Program-made: the position numbers and the translations under genes
In this document: piece by piece, positions 1-8,937 of the stretch
Position numbering within the stretch: the first letter of the stretch is position 1
Layout: the number at the start of each line of letters is the position of its first letter
NCBI GenBank assembly: GCA_040901985.1
Contig: JBBDYC010000008.1
Coordinates: 240,490-304,489 of the forward strand
Source: Gemmatimonadaceae bacterium
GTDB lineage: Bacteria; Gemmatimonadota; Gemmatimonadetes; Gemmatimonadales; Gemmatimonadaceae
DNA length: 64,000 nucleotides
Direction of reading: 5' to 3'
Notes under the pieces: generated by a model
What the model saw: the letters and a program-made list of their open reading frames with translations, nothing else
Database searches by the model: none
What the model was told of the DNA's origin: nothing

Positions 1-498
1 CTGCGCACCGTCCTGATGGGCGCGCTCGCTTCGGCGCGCGAGTCGGTTCGGATCGTCACGCCGTACTTCCTTCCCGACCAGTCGACAATCGCCGCGCTCG
101 GCGTCGCCGCGCTGCGCGGCGTCAGCGTGGACATCGTCCTGCCGGAGAAGGTCAACATCGCGCTCGTCCAGTGGGCGGCGGCCGCCCAGCTCTGGCAGGT
201 CCTGCGGCCCGGCTGCCGAGTCCATTTCACCCCGCTGCCGTTCGATCACACCAAGCTGATGGTCGTGGACGGCGAGTGGGCGCTCTTTGGATCGTCAAAC
301 TGGGATCCGCGGAGTCTCCGGCTCAATTTCGAGCTTGATGTCGAGTGCCACGACCCGACACTGGCGGCCGAGCTGGCCGCGATGGTGGACGCACGAATCA
401 GTTCCGGCCGCCGGATCACGCTCGCCGAGATGGACGCGCGGCGGCCGCTCACCAAGCTCCGCGACGGCGTGGCGCGGCTCTTCTCGCCGTACCTCTGA
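1..498 (+). CDS. cls: Cardiolipin synthase / PLD family, C-terminal part (5' truncated by window)
   Basis: Second HKD motif HTKLMVVD..GSSNWD, ITPYF-like VTPYFLP, RSLRLNFE, C-terminal RLFSPYL. Confidence 0.9.
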   Translation: MRTVLMGALASARESVRIVTPYFLPDQSTIAALGVAALRGVSVDIVLPEKVNIALVQWAAAAQLWQVLRPGCRVHFTPLPFDHTKLMVVDGEWALFGSSNWDPRSLRLNFELDVECHDPTLAAELAAMVDARISSGRRITLAEMDARRPLTKLRDGVARLFSPYL

Positions 499-550
499 GC
501 GTCGGCCGCCGGCACTTCCCACCGCCGCGCCCCCGTCCCTAACTTCGGCC

Positions 551-652
551 ATGGCCTCGCCGCCGTTTCGCACGACGCTGACCCGCGTCCTCGTCATCCA
601 GGTCATCACCCTGGCGCTGCTCTGGCTGCTCCAGTCCCGCTACGCGAGCTGA
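551..652 (+). CDS. 33-aa single-TM small protein upstream of SSS symporter
   Basis: ATG at 551, MASPPFRTTLTRVLVIQVITLALLWLLQSRYAS; ends 6 nt before the SSS start. Confidence 0.6.
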   Translation: MASPPFRTTLTRVLVIQVITLALLWLLQSRYAS

Positions 653-658
653 CCGGCG

Positions 659-2350
659 ATGCACTGGATCAACTGGGCGATCGTCGGCGTCTATCTCGTG
701 TACGTGGTGGGCGATGGCCTGCGCCGTGCGCGCGGGACGACGAACATCGAGGGGTATTTCCTCGCCAACCGGAACCTGCCGTGGTGGGCGGTCGGCCTCT
801 CGGTGATGGCGACGCAGCTCTCGGCAATCACCCTCATCGGCACCACCGGGCAGGGAGCAACCGACGGACTCCGGTTCGTCCAGTTCTACTTCGGACTGCC
901 GATTGCGATGGTGATCCTCGGCGTGACGCTCGTGCCGTTCCTTCACGGCGCGAAGATCTACACCGCCTACGAGTTCCTTGAGCGCCGGTTCGACGCCAAG
1001 ACGCGGTCGCTGACCAGTCTCCTCTTCCTCCTTTCGCGCGGGATGTCGTGCGGCACGATCGTCGCCGCGCCGGCGGTCGTCTTCTCGGCGATTTTCGGCT
1101 GGGACATCGTCTGGTCGGTCGCCCTGATCGGCGTGCCGACGGTGACCTATACGGTGATCGGCGGCGTCCAGGCGGTGACCTGGGCGGACGTGAAGCAGAT
1201 GGTCGTGATCGTCGGCGCGCTCGTCGCGATCGTCGTGGTCCTGCTGTTCCGCCTTCCGGTCCCACTGGACGACGCGCTGCGGATCGCCGGCTCCGCCGGC
1301 CGCCTCCGGGTCTTCGACTTCTCGTTCAACCTCACCGAGACCTACACCTTCTGGTCGGGGATCATCGGCGGCACGTTCCTGATGCTCTCCTACTTCGGGA
1401 CCGACCAGAGCCAGGTGCAGCGCTACCTCACCGCCAAGTCGGTGGACCAGGCGCGCAGTTCGCTGCTGATGAGCGCCTACTGGAAGATCCCGTTGCAGGC
1501 ATTGATTCTGCTGGTCGGCGTCCTCGTCTTCCTGTTCTATCATTTCCAGGCGCCGCCGCTGTTGTACAATCCGGCGCACGAGCGGCAGCTGCGCGCGGCC
1601 GACCCGGGGGCGTACGTCGCGCTCGAGGAGCGCTACCGGGCGGCGGTGACGGAGCGCGAGGAATTTGCGCTGGCGACCTCGAGCTTTCGGGCACAGGGAC
1701 GCGGGCCGGCGGTGGACGAGGCGGCGCTTGGCGCCTATCGCGACCGCGAGGCGGCCGTCACGGCAATCCGCGGCGAGGCACTCGGCGCGGTTGAGCGCGT
1801 CACCGGGCAGGCGTCACGCGACGTGAACTTCATCATGCCGCGATTCGTGCTCGACCATCTTCCGCTCGGGATGGCCGGGCTCTTCCTTGCCGCGGTGCTC
1901 GCGGCGGCGATGTCGAGCATTGCCGCCGAATTGAACTCGCTCTCGACCGCCACGGTGGTGGACTTCTACAAACGCTGGGCGCGCCCGACCGGCACCGATG
2001 CGCATTACCTGAAGGTCTCGAAGCTCGCCACCGCGTGTTGGGGCATCTTCGCCTGCGTCGTGGCGACCCAAGCGGCGACGCTCGGCTCGCTGATCGAGGT
2101 GGTGAACCGCTTCGGCTCCTTCTTCTACGGTTCAATTCTCGGAGTCTTCATCCTCGCGATGATCGGCCGCGCCAAGCCGGTCGGCGCGTTCCTTGGCCTG
2201 ATCGCCGGGATGGGCACAGTGGCGGCGGTCTCGTACTTCTACCCGCAGGTCGCCTTCCTCTGGCACAACGTGATTGGCGCGGTGACGGTCGTGTCGGTGG
2301 GGATGGTGCTGAGCCTGCCGCGGTCGCCGGAGTCCCCCGCCGCGGCGTGA
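659..2350 (+). CDS. Sodium:solute symporter (SSS) family protein
   Basis: YFLANRNLPWWAVGLSVMATQLSAIT, GTDQSQVQRYL, AAMSS..AELNSLST; many TM segments. Confidence 0.95.
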   Translation: MHWINWAIVGVYLVYVVGDGLRRARGTTNIEGYFLANRNLPWWAVGLSVMATQLSAITLIGTTGQGATDGLRFVQFYFGLPIAMVILGVTLVPFLHGAKIYTAYEFLERRFDAKTRSLTSLLFLLSRGMSCGTIVAAPAVVFSAIFGWDIVWSVALIGVPTVTYTVIGGVQAVTWADVKQMVVIVGALVAIVVVLLFRLPVPLDDALRIAGSAGRLRVFDFSFNLTETYTFWSGIIGGTFLMLSYFGTDQSQVQRYLTAKSVDQARSSLLMSAYWKIPLQALILLVGVLVFLFYHFQAPPLLYNPAHERQLRAADPGAYVALEERYRAAVTEREEFALATSSFRAQGRGPAVDEAALGAYRDREAAVTAIRGEALGAVERVTGQASRDVNFIMPRFVLDHLPLGMAGLFLAAVLAAAMSSIAAELNSLSTATVVDFYKRWARPTGTDAHYLKVSKLATACWGIFACVVATQAATLGSLIEVVNRFGSFFYGSILGVFILAMIGRAKPVGAFLGLIAGMGTVAAVSYFYPQVAFLWHNVIGAVTVVSVGMVLSLPRSPESPAAA

Positions 2351-2443
2351 GAGGATATGCCGGCGCGGCCGCATAGGGCGTGCATCCCGCGCATACCAAT
2401 GCGTCGGCGCGCCGCCGCGCCCTCGCCCCGCTACTCTCCAGGC

Positions 2444-3355
2444 ATGGCCAACATCAGGATCATCGGCGTTCCAATGGACCTCGGCGCCAGTCGCCGCGGC
2501 GTGGATATGGGGCCGTCCGCCGTCCGGTACACCGATCTTCGCGACCGCGCGGCCAAACTCGGGCACACGGTCGAGGACACCGGGAACGTGCCGGTGCCGT
2601 TCCGCGAGGATGCGGCGCGCGGGGCGCAGCGTGGCGCGCGCTATCTCGGCGCGATCACCGACGTCTGCGTGGAGGTGGCGGCGCGCACGCGCGCCGCGCT
2701 CGCCGACGGGCGGATCCCGGTCGTGTTGGGCGGCGACCACTCGATTGCCGCCGGCTCGATCGCCGGCGCGGCGGCGCACCTGCGGGCCGCCGGCCAGCGG
2801 CTCGGCGCCGTCTGGGTGGACGCGCACGGCGACCTGAACACCCCCGCCACCTCGCGCTCGGGGAACGTCCACGGGATGCCGCTCGCCGCGCTCCTCGGCA
2901 ACGGTGACAAGGCGATGGCGGGAATCGCAGGCGGCGGGGCGGCGTTGAGGGCGAGCGATGTCGCGCTGGTCGGGCTTCGCGACCTCGATGGGCCGGAGCG
3001 CGCCCACATCAGGAAGTGGGGACTCACCGCGTTCACGATGCGGACGCTCGACGAGCGAGGCACGCGCGCCGTCCTCGAGGAGGCGATCACCCTGGCGACG
3101 CGCGACACCGCGGGGTTCTGGGTCTCGTTCGACGTGGATGTCATTGACCCCGAGGAGGCGCCGGGCGTCGGCACCGCCGTCCCCGGCGGGATGACGTATC
3201 GGGAGGCGCACCTCGCGATGGAGATGTTCGCCGACACCGGGAAGCTCGTCGGCATTGACGTCGTCGAGGTGAACCCGGTGCTCGACGAGCACAACCGGAC
3301 GGCGGAGATTGCCTGCGAGCTCATCCTCAGCGCGCTGGGCAAGCGCATCCTCTGA
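2444..3355 (+). CDS. rocF: Arginase
   Basis: GVPMDLGASRRGVDMGP, GGDHS, DAHGDLNT, SGNVHGMP, SFDVDVIDP, VEVNP. Confidence 0.95.
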   Translation: MANIRIIGVPMDLGASRRGVDMGPSAVRYTDLRDRAAKLGHTVEDTGNVPVPFREDAARGAQRGARYLGAITDVCVEVAARTRAALADGRIPVVLGGDHSIAAGSIAGAAAHLRAAGQRLGAVWVDAHGDLNTPATSRSGNVHGMPLAALLGNGDKAMAGIAGGGAALRASDVALVGLRDLDGPERAHIRKWGLTAFTMRTLDERGTRAVLEEAITLATRDTAGFWVSFDVDVIDPEEAPGVGTAVPGGMTYREAHLAMEMFADTGKLVGIDVVEVNPVLDEHNRTAEIACELILSALGKRIL

Positions 3356-3362
3356 GCGCGCG

Positions 3363-4463
3363 ATGACGATCCGCTACGTCCCGCCCGACTTCACGGCGCC
3401 GCCACTCGCCAAGGCGCCGGCCGCGCGCACGGTGGCGGCGCCCGCCGACGGCGTACTGCCCGACGGCTTTTTCGCCACGACCAACCTTCCGACCTACGTG
3501 AAGGGAGCCGACGGCACCTGGACCTTGCCACGCGAACCGCGGATGGACGGCGTGCTGGTGCGCGACGGGGGCGGCTGGATCGTACGCGAGGGCCGCCGTG
3601 TGAAGGCCGGCGACGCCGTGGTGATGGGGCTCGCCGAGGACGGGAGCGAGGGCGTGCTTGTCCACTCGCGCGGATTCCGGCCCGACGACGGCCCCGGCGG
3701 CGACTTCCACTTCATGTCGAGCCAGGTCTCGCGCGAGAAGCCGATTGACTACGCGCTGATCGCGCGGATGCTCGTCGAGGAGAAGCGCCGCGGCGGCTAC
3801 GTGCTCTGGGTGACCGGGCCGGCGCTTGTCCATTCCCGCGCACGCGACAACCTCGTTTGGTTCATCCGCAACGGGTACGTGCAGGCCCTGCTCGCCGGCA
3901 ACGCCGTGGCCGTGCACGACATCGAGGCGGCGGTCGTCGGGACGACGCTCGGGATGACGAGCGAAGGCGAGCCGACGGCGGGCGGGCACGCCGCGCATAT
4001 GCGGGCGATCAACGCGGTGCGCCGTGCCGGCTCGATCGCGGCGGCGGTGAAGGCGGGACTGGTCGCCGACGGCATCATGCACGCCTGCGTCGTCGAGGAG
4101 GTACCGTTCGTCCTCGGGGGCTCGATCCGCGACGACGGACCGCTCCCCGATGTCCTCGCCGACGCGGTCGCCGCGCAGGAGGCGATGCGCGCGCACACCA
4201 TCAAGGCGACGATGGCGGTGATGATCGCCACCGCGCTCCACTCGATTGCCGTCGGAAACATGCTCCCCGCGTACTACGAGGATGCCCAGCGCGGGATGGT
4301 GGAGCTGCCGACGATCTGCGTGGACGCGAGCGAGTTCCTGGTCAGCAAGCTCAAGGACCGCGGGACGCACCAGGCGGTCGGCGTCGTCACCAACGCGCAG
4401 GACTTCATGAGCATCCTGCGTGCGGCGGTGGAGCGGGAAGTGCAGGAGTCGTCGGCGCCCTGA
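3363..4463 (+). CDS. TIGR00300 / LOR-SDH-type protein, putative ornithine cyclodeaminase (AgrE/ArgZ C-terminal-like)
   Basis: FMSSQVSREKP, GPALVH, GNAVAVHDIE, GSIRDDGPLPDV, LHSIAVGNM, KLKDRGT; 7 nt downstream of arginase. Confidence 0.8.
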   Translation: MTIRYVPPDFTAPPLAKAPAARTVAAPADGVLPDGFFATTNLPTYVKGADGTWTLPREPRMDGVLVRDGGGWIVREGRRVKAGDAVVMGLAEDGSEGVLVHSRGFRPDDGPGGDFHFMSSQVSREKPIDYALIARMLVEEKRRGGYVLWVTGPALVHSRARDNLVWFIRNGYVQALLAGNAVAVHDIEAAVVGTTLGMTSEGEPTAGGHAAHMRAINAVRRAGSIAAAVKAGLVADGIMHACVVEEVPFVLGGSIRDDGPLPDVLADAVAAQEAMRAHTIKATMAVMIATALHSIAVGNMLPAYYEDAQRGMVELPTICVDASEFLVSKLKDRGTHQAVGVVTNAQDFMSILRAAVEREVQESSAP

Positions 4464-4466
4464 CGC

Positions 4467-4982
4467 TCAGGCGGTGGCGCGCGCGTCGGCCCACGCGCCA
4501 GCGTCGCGGTCGCTCCGGATGCGCGTCGCCGTGTCCACGAGGACGTCGCCATCCTCGATCCGCACGGCGAAGCGGTCGAGATTCCGCGTGGCCTTCCCCT
4601 GGATCAACGTCCCCTCCGGCCGGAAGGTGCTCTTGTGCTTGGGGCAATAGAAGCGCGACTGGCCCGGCTGCCATTCCAGCGGCGTCTTCTTGTGCGGGCA
4701 CTCGAGCGAGAAGGCGTGCACGGCGCCGGCGTAACGGACGAGGATGATCTTGTTGGCGGTGTCAATCGTGGCCCCGTCGGCGGCCGGGATCGGATAGCGC
4801 ACCGTGTCGCCGCTGGCGCTGCCGGTTGCGTACACACGCGTCAGCGCATTGAGCCGCGCGGCCGTGGCACCGAGTGCGGTCAGCGCAGCCAGTGCCATCA
4901 GTCCGTCCCTCAGGAATGCCCGGCGGCCGGTCCCGTCTTCGCAGGCCGCTTGGCAGCGTTCGAACGCGTCGTGCTCTGACAT
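4467..4982 (-). CDS. Tat-exported Rieske [2Fe-2S] protein
   Basis: Tat motif GRRAFLRDG plus hydrophobic stretch; CPH...CPKH Rieske boxes. Confidence 0.85.
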   Translation of the reverse strand: MSEHDAFERCQAACEDGTGRRAFLRDGLMALAALTALGATAARLNALTRVYATGSASGDTVRYPIPAADGATIDTANKIILVRYAGAVHAFSLECPHKKTPLEWQPGQSRFYCPKHKSTFRPEGTLIQGKATRNLDRFAVRIEDGDVLVDTATRIRSDRDAGAWADARATA

Positions 4983-5089
4983 TGGGCCTCCGGGTGGGGG
5001 TGAGGGTCGCGCCGGTGGCGCCGCGCGGCGTCCGCTGTAAGATACCATACGCCCACCCCACGCATTGCGTTCCCCCGACCGGAGTCCCG

Positions 5090-5299
5090 ATGGCGTTCAC
5101 CCCGGAGGCCCAGGCCATCTGGGACAAGGTCCCCGAGGCGACCCGCGCCAAGCTCCTCGACAGCGGCTTCTGCAGTCGGTGCCTGGCCCCGCGCCACTTC
5201 GACCTCACCGAGGGCTCGTTGCGCGATCGGGAACTTGTGCTGGTCGGCAAGTGTGGGACGTGTGGGGCCCGCGTGGTCCGCCTCATCGAACTTGACTGA
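5090..5299 (+). CDS. Small Zn-ribbon-like protein (69 aa)
   Basis: GGAG RBS; CSRC...CGTC cysteine pairs. Confidence 0.7.
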   Translation: MAFTPEAQAIWDKVPEATRAKLLDSGFCSRCLAPRHFDLTEGSLRDRELVLVGKCGTCGARVVRLIELD

Positions 5300-5309
5300 G
5301 CAACGTGCA

Positions 5310-5741
5310 ATGATCCATCTCCGCCCCTCAGCGCCGCTCCTCGCGCTCTGCGTCACACTCGCCGCGTCGCCGCTCGGCGCCCAGGTGACGCCCCGCTGGG
5401 AGGAGATCGGAAGGACGTCCACCGGGAACACGGTGTACCTCGATCCCCGCAGCATCTCGCGCGACTCGACGGGAATCATCACGGCCACCGTGCGCGTGGT
5501 CTACACGACGCCGGTGGACACCCCGCAGGGACCGATCACCGGGTCACGGGCAATCGCGATGTTCGACTGCGCTGGCCGGAAGGTCGCGGTGAAGGAGAAC
5601 ATCATCTGGCACGACGAGCGGCGCGGCACGGTCTACCGCCGGAGCGCGCCGACCCGACCGGGGTTCGGGCCCGCCCTCACCAGCACCTTCGCCCACGTCG
5701 CGCTCGAACATCTCTGCGCGCCGCTCCAGCGGCCCGGCTGA
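5310..5741 (+). CDS. Secreted protein, surface-adhesin E-like
   Basis: Signal peptide; WEEIG..GNTVYLD..SI..FDC..LC pattern. Confidence 0.6.
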   Translation: MIHLRPSAPLLALCVTLAASPLGAQVTPRWEEIGRTSTGNTVYLDPRSISRDSTGIITATVRVVYTTPVDTPQGPITGSRAIAMFDCAGRKVAVKENIIWHDERRGTVYRRSAPTRPGFGPALTSTFAHVALEHLCAPLQRPG

Positions 5742-5745
5742 CGCC

Positions 5746-6378
5746 CTACCGGATCGTGATGTAGCGCTCGAGCCGCGCCACTTCCTTGGCGTCCACGTAC
5801 TTCCCGATCTCGCGGCGGAACTGCTCAACCGCGCGGTAGGGGCGGTACTCCTTGAACTCGCGCAGCATCCGCGGCCCAAGCCCGGGAATCGTCATCAGGT
5901 CCGCGTCGCTCGCCGTGTTCAGGTCCATCGGCACGAAGACATACTGCTCGAGCCGGGCGACCGCCGTCGAGTCCACGTGTCGGCCGATCTCGCGGCGAAA
6001 CTGCGCCATCGCCCGGTAGGGGCGATGGTCGAGGAACTCACTCACCATCCGCGATCCGATGCCGGGGATGAGGGAGATCTCCTCTCGCGTCGCCGTGTTG
6101 ACGTCAATGTGCACGAAGAGCCGCGGATAGAGCGCCGTGCGCTGGTCGCCGGAGAGCCGGGGCGCAAGGAAGGCATCGAACGCCGCGGCGGAGAGGAACG
6201 GGCGGGCCGCGACGATCTCCTGCGCGAGCGCGGCGGTCAGCCCGGGCAGCTGGGCCATCTCCCCCACCGCCGCGGTGTTGGCCTCCAGCGCAGTGACCGC
6301 CCGCCCGACCTGGGCATCGAGCGGAAGCGCGAGGAGCGCGATGAGGGTGACGGCACTACGAACGGAACGAACGGGCAT
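5746..6378 (-). CDS. Secreted helix-hairpin-helix (ComEA-like) repeat protein
   Basis: Signal peptide; ANTA..LPGL, DVNTAT..IPGIG and DLNTAS..IPGLG repeats. Confidence 0.85.
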   Translation of the reverse strand: MPVRSVRSAVTLIALLALPLDAQVGRAVTALEANTAAVGEMAQLPGLTAALAQEIVAARPFLSAAAFDAFLAPRLSGDQRTALYPRLFVHIDVNTATREEISLIPGIGSRMVSEFLDHRPYRAMAQFRREIGRHVDSTAVARLEQYVFVPMDLNTASDADLMTIPGLGPRMLREFKEYRPYRAVEQFRREIGKYVDAKEVARLERYITIR

Positions 6379-6379
6379 A

Positions 6380-6823
6380 TCAGGGTCCTGGCGGCGGGGT
6401 GAGGGCAGGGTGGCGGTACGCGTAGAGCAAGCCAAGCAGTCCGAACTGGACGAGCGTCCCGGGCGCGAGCATCGGCGTCGCGCCGCGCAGCACCTCGATC
6501 CAGAACTCGAGCCCTGCCGAATCGGGGTTCAACTCCCTTTCGAACTCGAAGTTCCCCCACGAGTGCAGCGCCACGCCGACGGTGCCGGCGACGATCAGCA
6601 GGAGCATCACCACCTGAAAGGCGCGCAGGCTCCGCTTCCGCCCGTCCAGCCAGTGCCAGAGGATGCTGGCGAGCGTAAGGCTGAGGAGGACGAGGGGCGT
6701 CCATTGGAACGGCTCCTCGTAGTGCTCGAGCAACACGAGTTCGACGAGGATCCCGGCCGAGCCGAAGGCGAGCAGGGCCAGGAGACCGCGCCGCAACAGG
6801 GAGAGCGAATCGGCGGACGTCAC
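6380..6823 (-). CDS. Hypothetical 4-TM membrane protein
   Basis: Four hydrophobic segments; LLEHYE and GATPMLAPG motifs; GTG start assumed. Confidence 0.7.
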   Translation of the reverse strand: MTSADSLSLLRRGLLALLAFGSAGILVELVLLEHYEEPFQWTPLVLLSLTLASILWHWLDGRKRSLRAFQVVMLLLIVAGTVGVALHSWGNFEFERELNPDSAGLEFWIEVLRGATPMLAPGTLVQFGLLGLLYAYRHPALTPPPGP

Positions 6824-6945
6824 GGGAGCCCGGGATCGGGGTGGTGTGCGCAACGACGGTGGCTTGAACATATCCCCTTCAGCGGCCAAGTTCACGTCAC
6901 CCGCAACTCCGCCGCGCAGCGCGCGGCCGCACCCCGGAGGACCCG

Positions 6946-7236
6946 ATGGCCCGTCCGTCCCGGCTGTCCGACGCTGAGGTCACGCGCCGCCTCGCCGCAC
7001 TTCCCGGCTGGACCCGCCGCGGAGACGCGATCACCCGCACGTTCACCTTCGCCGGATTTCCCGACGCGGTCACCTTTGTCACGCGCCTGGTTGCGCCGGC
7101 CGAGGCGCTCGAGCATCACCCCGACGTGGACCTCCGCTACAGCAAGGTGATCGTCAGCCTCTCCACCCACTCCGCCCGCGGGCTGACCGAGCTCGATTTC
7201 GAACTGGCGGCGACGATTGATGCGCTGCAGGCGTGA
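6946..7236 (+). CDS. phhB: Pterin-4a-carbinolamine dehydratase
   Basis: EHHPDV..YSKV..LSTHS.GLTELD; GGAGG RBS. Confidence 0.92.
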   Translation: MARPSRLSDAEVTRRLAALPGWTRRGDAITRTFTFAGFPDAVTFVTRLVAPAEALEHHPDVDLRYSKVIVSLSTHSARGLTELDFELAATIDALQA

Positions 7237-7277
7237 GACCTGGGATGGGAGGTGTGCGATGCGCCGCACATCCGACG

Positions 7278-7976
7278 TCAGCTCCGTCGTCCGCCGAGCA
7301 GCCGGAGGATCGCGAGGAACAGGTTCAGGATGTCGAGATAGATTGCGACCGCCGCCTGCACATAGTCGTCCGGGCCGTACTGGTTCCGCAGGCGCCAGGT
7401 GTCATAGACGAGCAGCCCACTGAAGACGAAGACGGTCATCGCCGCGAGCCAGAGCGAGGCGCTCTCGTTCTTGAAAAAGAGGTTGAGCAGTGACGTGGCG
7501 ATGAGGATCCAGAGCCCGACGACGAAGAAGCTGCCGAGCGCGCTGAAGTCACGCTTCGAGATCCACGCGTACCCGGTGAGCACGGTGAACGTCGAGAGCG
7601 TCAGGATCCCCGCCTGCGCGATGAGTTCCGGCTGCGTCGCCGCGAAGAGATAGATGACCGGGCTGATCGCGACGCCCATCGCGAAGGTGAACAGGAGCGC
7701 GAGGCCGAGGTTGGCGGGGAAACTCCTGCGCGCCCGCATCGACAGAAAGAGCGGGATGAAGGCGGCGATCAGCGTCAGGAACGGATGGCGCGCGACCAGC
7801 GCAAGCAGCGCCGGCTGCGTGAAGGTGAAGCCGACGCCGAGCACCGTCAGCACGACACCGGCCAGCACGAGGAGGTAGGTGCGGCGCACGAGCGTGGCGC
7901 GCTCGGCGCCGGTGCGGACGAGGACGCCGCCGGCGGGGATCGAGAGGTGCATCGCACTACGGTCCGGGTGAGTCAC
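7278..7976 (-). CDS. Bax inhibitor-1 / YccA family membrane protein
   Basis: LVRRTY, KRDFSALG, YDT, YLDILNLFL.IL. Confidence 0.9.
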   Translation of the reverse strand: MTHPDRSAMHLSIPAGGVLVRTGAERATLVRRTYLLVLAGVVLTVLGVGFTFTQPALLALVARHPFLTLIAAFIPLFLSMRARRSFPANLGLALLFTFAMGVAISPVIYLFAATQPELIAQAGILTLSTFTVLTGYAWISKRDFSALGSFFVVGLWILIATSLLNLFFKNESASLWLAAMTVFVFSGLLVYDTWRLRNQYGPDDYVQAAVAIYLDILNLFLAILRLLGGRRS

Positions 7977-8051
7977 CCCTGGAATATAGGCTGCGGCTCC
8001 CTCCCGGTCACCCGGCAGTCACTCCGGAACTGCGCGATACCCGCGCTACAC

Positions 8052-8879
8052 TCAGCGCGGGTACGACCGCCCCTCGGCGTCGAGTCGCCGGACCCCGGCG
8101 GTGCCGTTGAGCGTCCGGACACGGACCGGTGTGCCGCCGCCGCCCAGCGTCGCCCGGAGCGTGCGACGACTCGTGGGCGACAGCTGGAGACCCGGGAAGT
8201 CGGTGTCCACCGATCCGTTGGTGACGCTCACGTCCACCGTCGCGGCGACGCCCTCCGGCAGGAACGCCCAGGCGTCGCCATTCAGGCTCTTCACGACGAC
8301 CGAGTCGCTCCCGGTGAGCGATGCCATTCGCGCGTCCACGCTCCCGTTGAGGGTCTCGGCGCGCACCGGGCCGCGCGCGGTGACGACGGTGACGTTGCCG
8401 TTGACCGAACGCGCGTTGACCGGCGCGCTCGACGCCGAGGTGATTGACCCGTCCACGCCGACGAGGTCGAGGCGCACGCCGTGCGGGACCGCGACCTGAA
8501 AATGGACCGCCGCGTTGCTGACACCGCGGGCGCGGTCGGAGAACTTGATGTCGGAGTGGTACCGGGCCACCGTGCAGGTCCCGCTCCCCCAGACCGCGCA
8601 GATGAGGATGTCGCTGCCCTCGACTCGGCCACTCAGCGCGAGGCCGCGCATCGGATCCCTGCGGCCGCGCCAGGAGATCGAAGCCCGCACGCGCAGCGTG
8701 TCGTCCGGCGACGGCTCGACGGTGATATTCCCGCGCATCGTCCGGACGTGGACCGTCTGCGTGCTGTCGGCGCCGAGTGCGTAGACGAAGACGTCGTCCC
8801 GGGTCTGCGAGGGGCCGGACTCGTGGTCGCACGCGGTGAAGATCGCGGCGGCGACGAGGACAATCGAGTGGCGCGACAT
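8052..8879 (-). CDS. DUF4097 beta-strand-repeat lipoprotein
   Basis: Lipobox FTAC; repeated SVNG/TLNG/VTNG units. Confidence 0.85.
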   Translation of the reverse strand: MSRHSIVLVAAAIFTACDHESGPSQTRDDVFVYALGADSTQTVHVRTMRGNITVEPSPDDTLRVRASISWRGRRDPMRGLALSGRVEGSDILICAVWGSGTCTVARYHSDIKFSDRARGVSNAAVHFQVAVPHGVRLDLVGVDGSITSASSAPVNARSVNGNVTVVTARGPVRAETLNGSVDARMASLTGSDSVVVKSLNGDAWAFLPEGVAATVDVSVTNGSVDTDFPGLQLSPTSRRTLRATLGGGGTPVRVRTLNGTAGVRRLDAEGRSYPR

Positions 8880-8907
8880 CGGCGGCTCCAGGGGTGGTCT
8901 TGCCCAA

Positions 8908-8935
8908 TCTACGGAGCCGCCGACTCGCGGGTTTC
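8908..8935 (-). promoter_or_regulatory. Putative ECF promoter GAAACC-N16-CGTAGA
   Basis: 28 nt upstream of the 8879 start; same spacing as the motif before the ECF gene at 11823. Confidence 0.45.
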
Positions 8936-8937
8936 GC

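Noticed and set aside
5041..5067. GATAC-N15-CGCATTG upstream of the Zn-ribbon gene
   Set aside because: It lacks the AAC core and mismatches the -10 element; could be chance.
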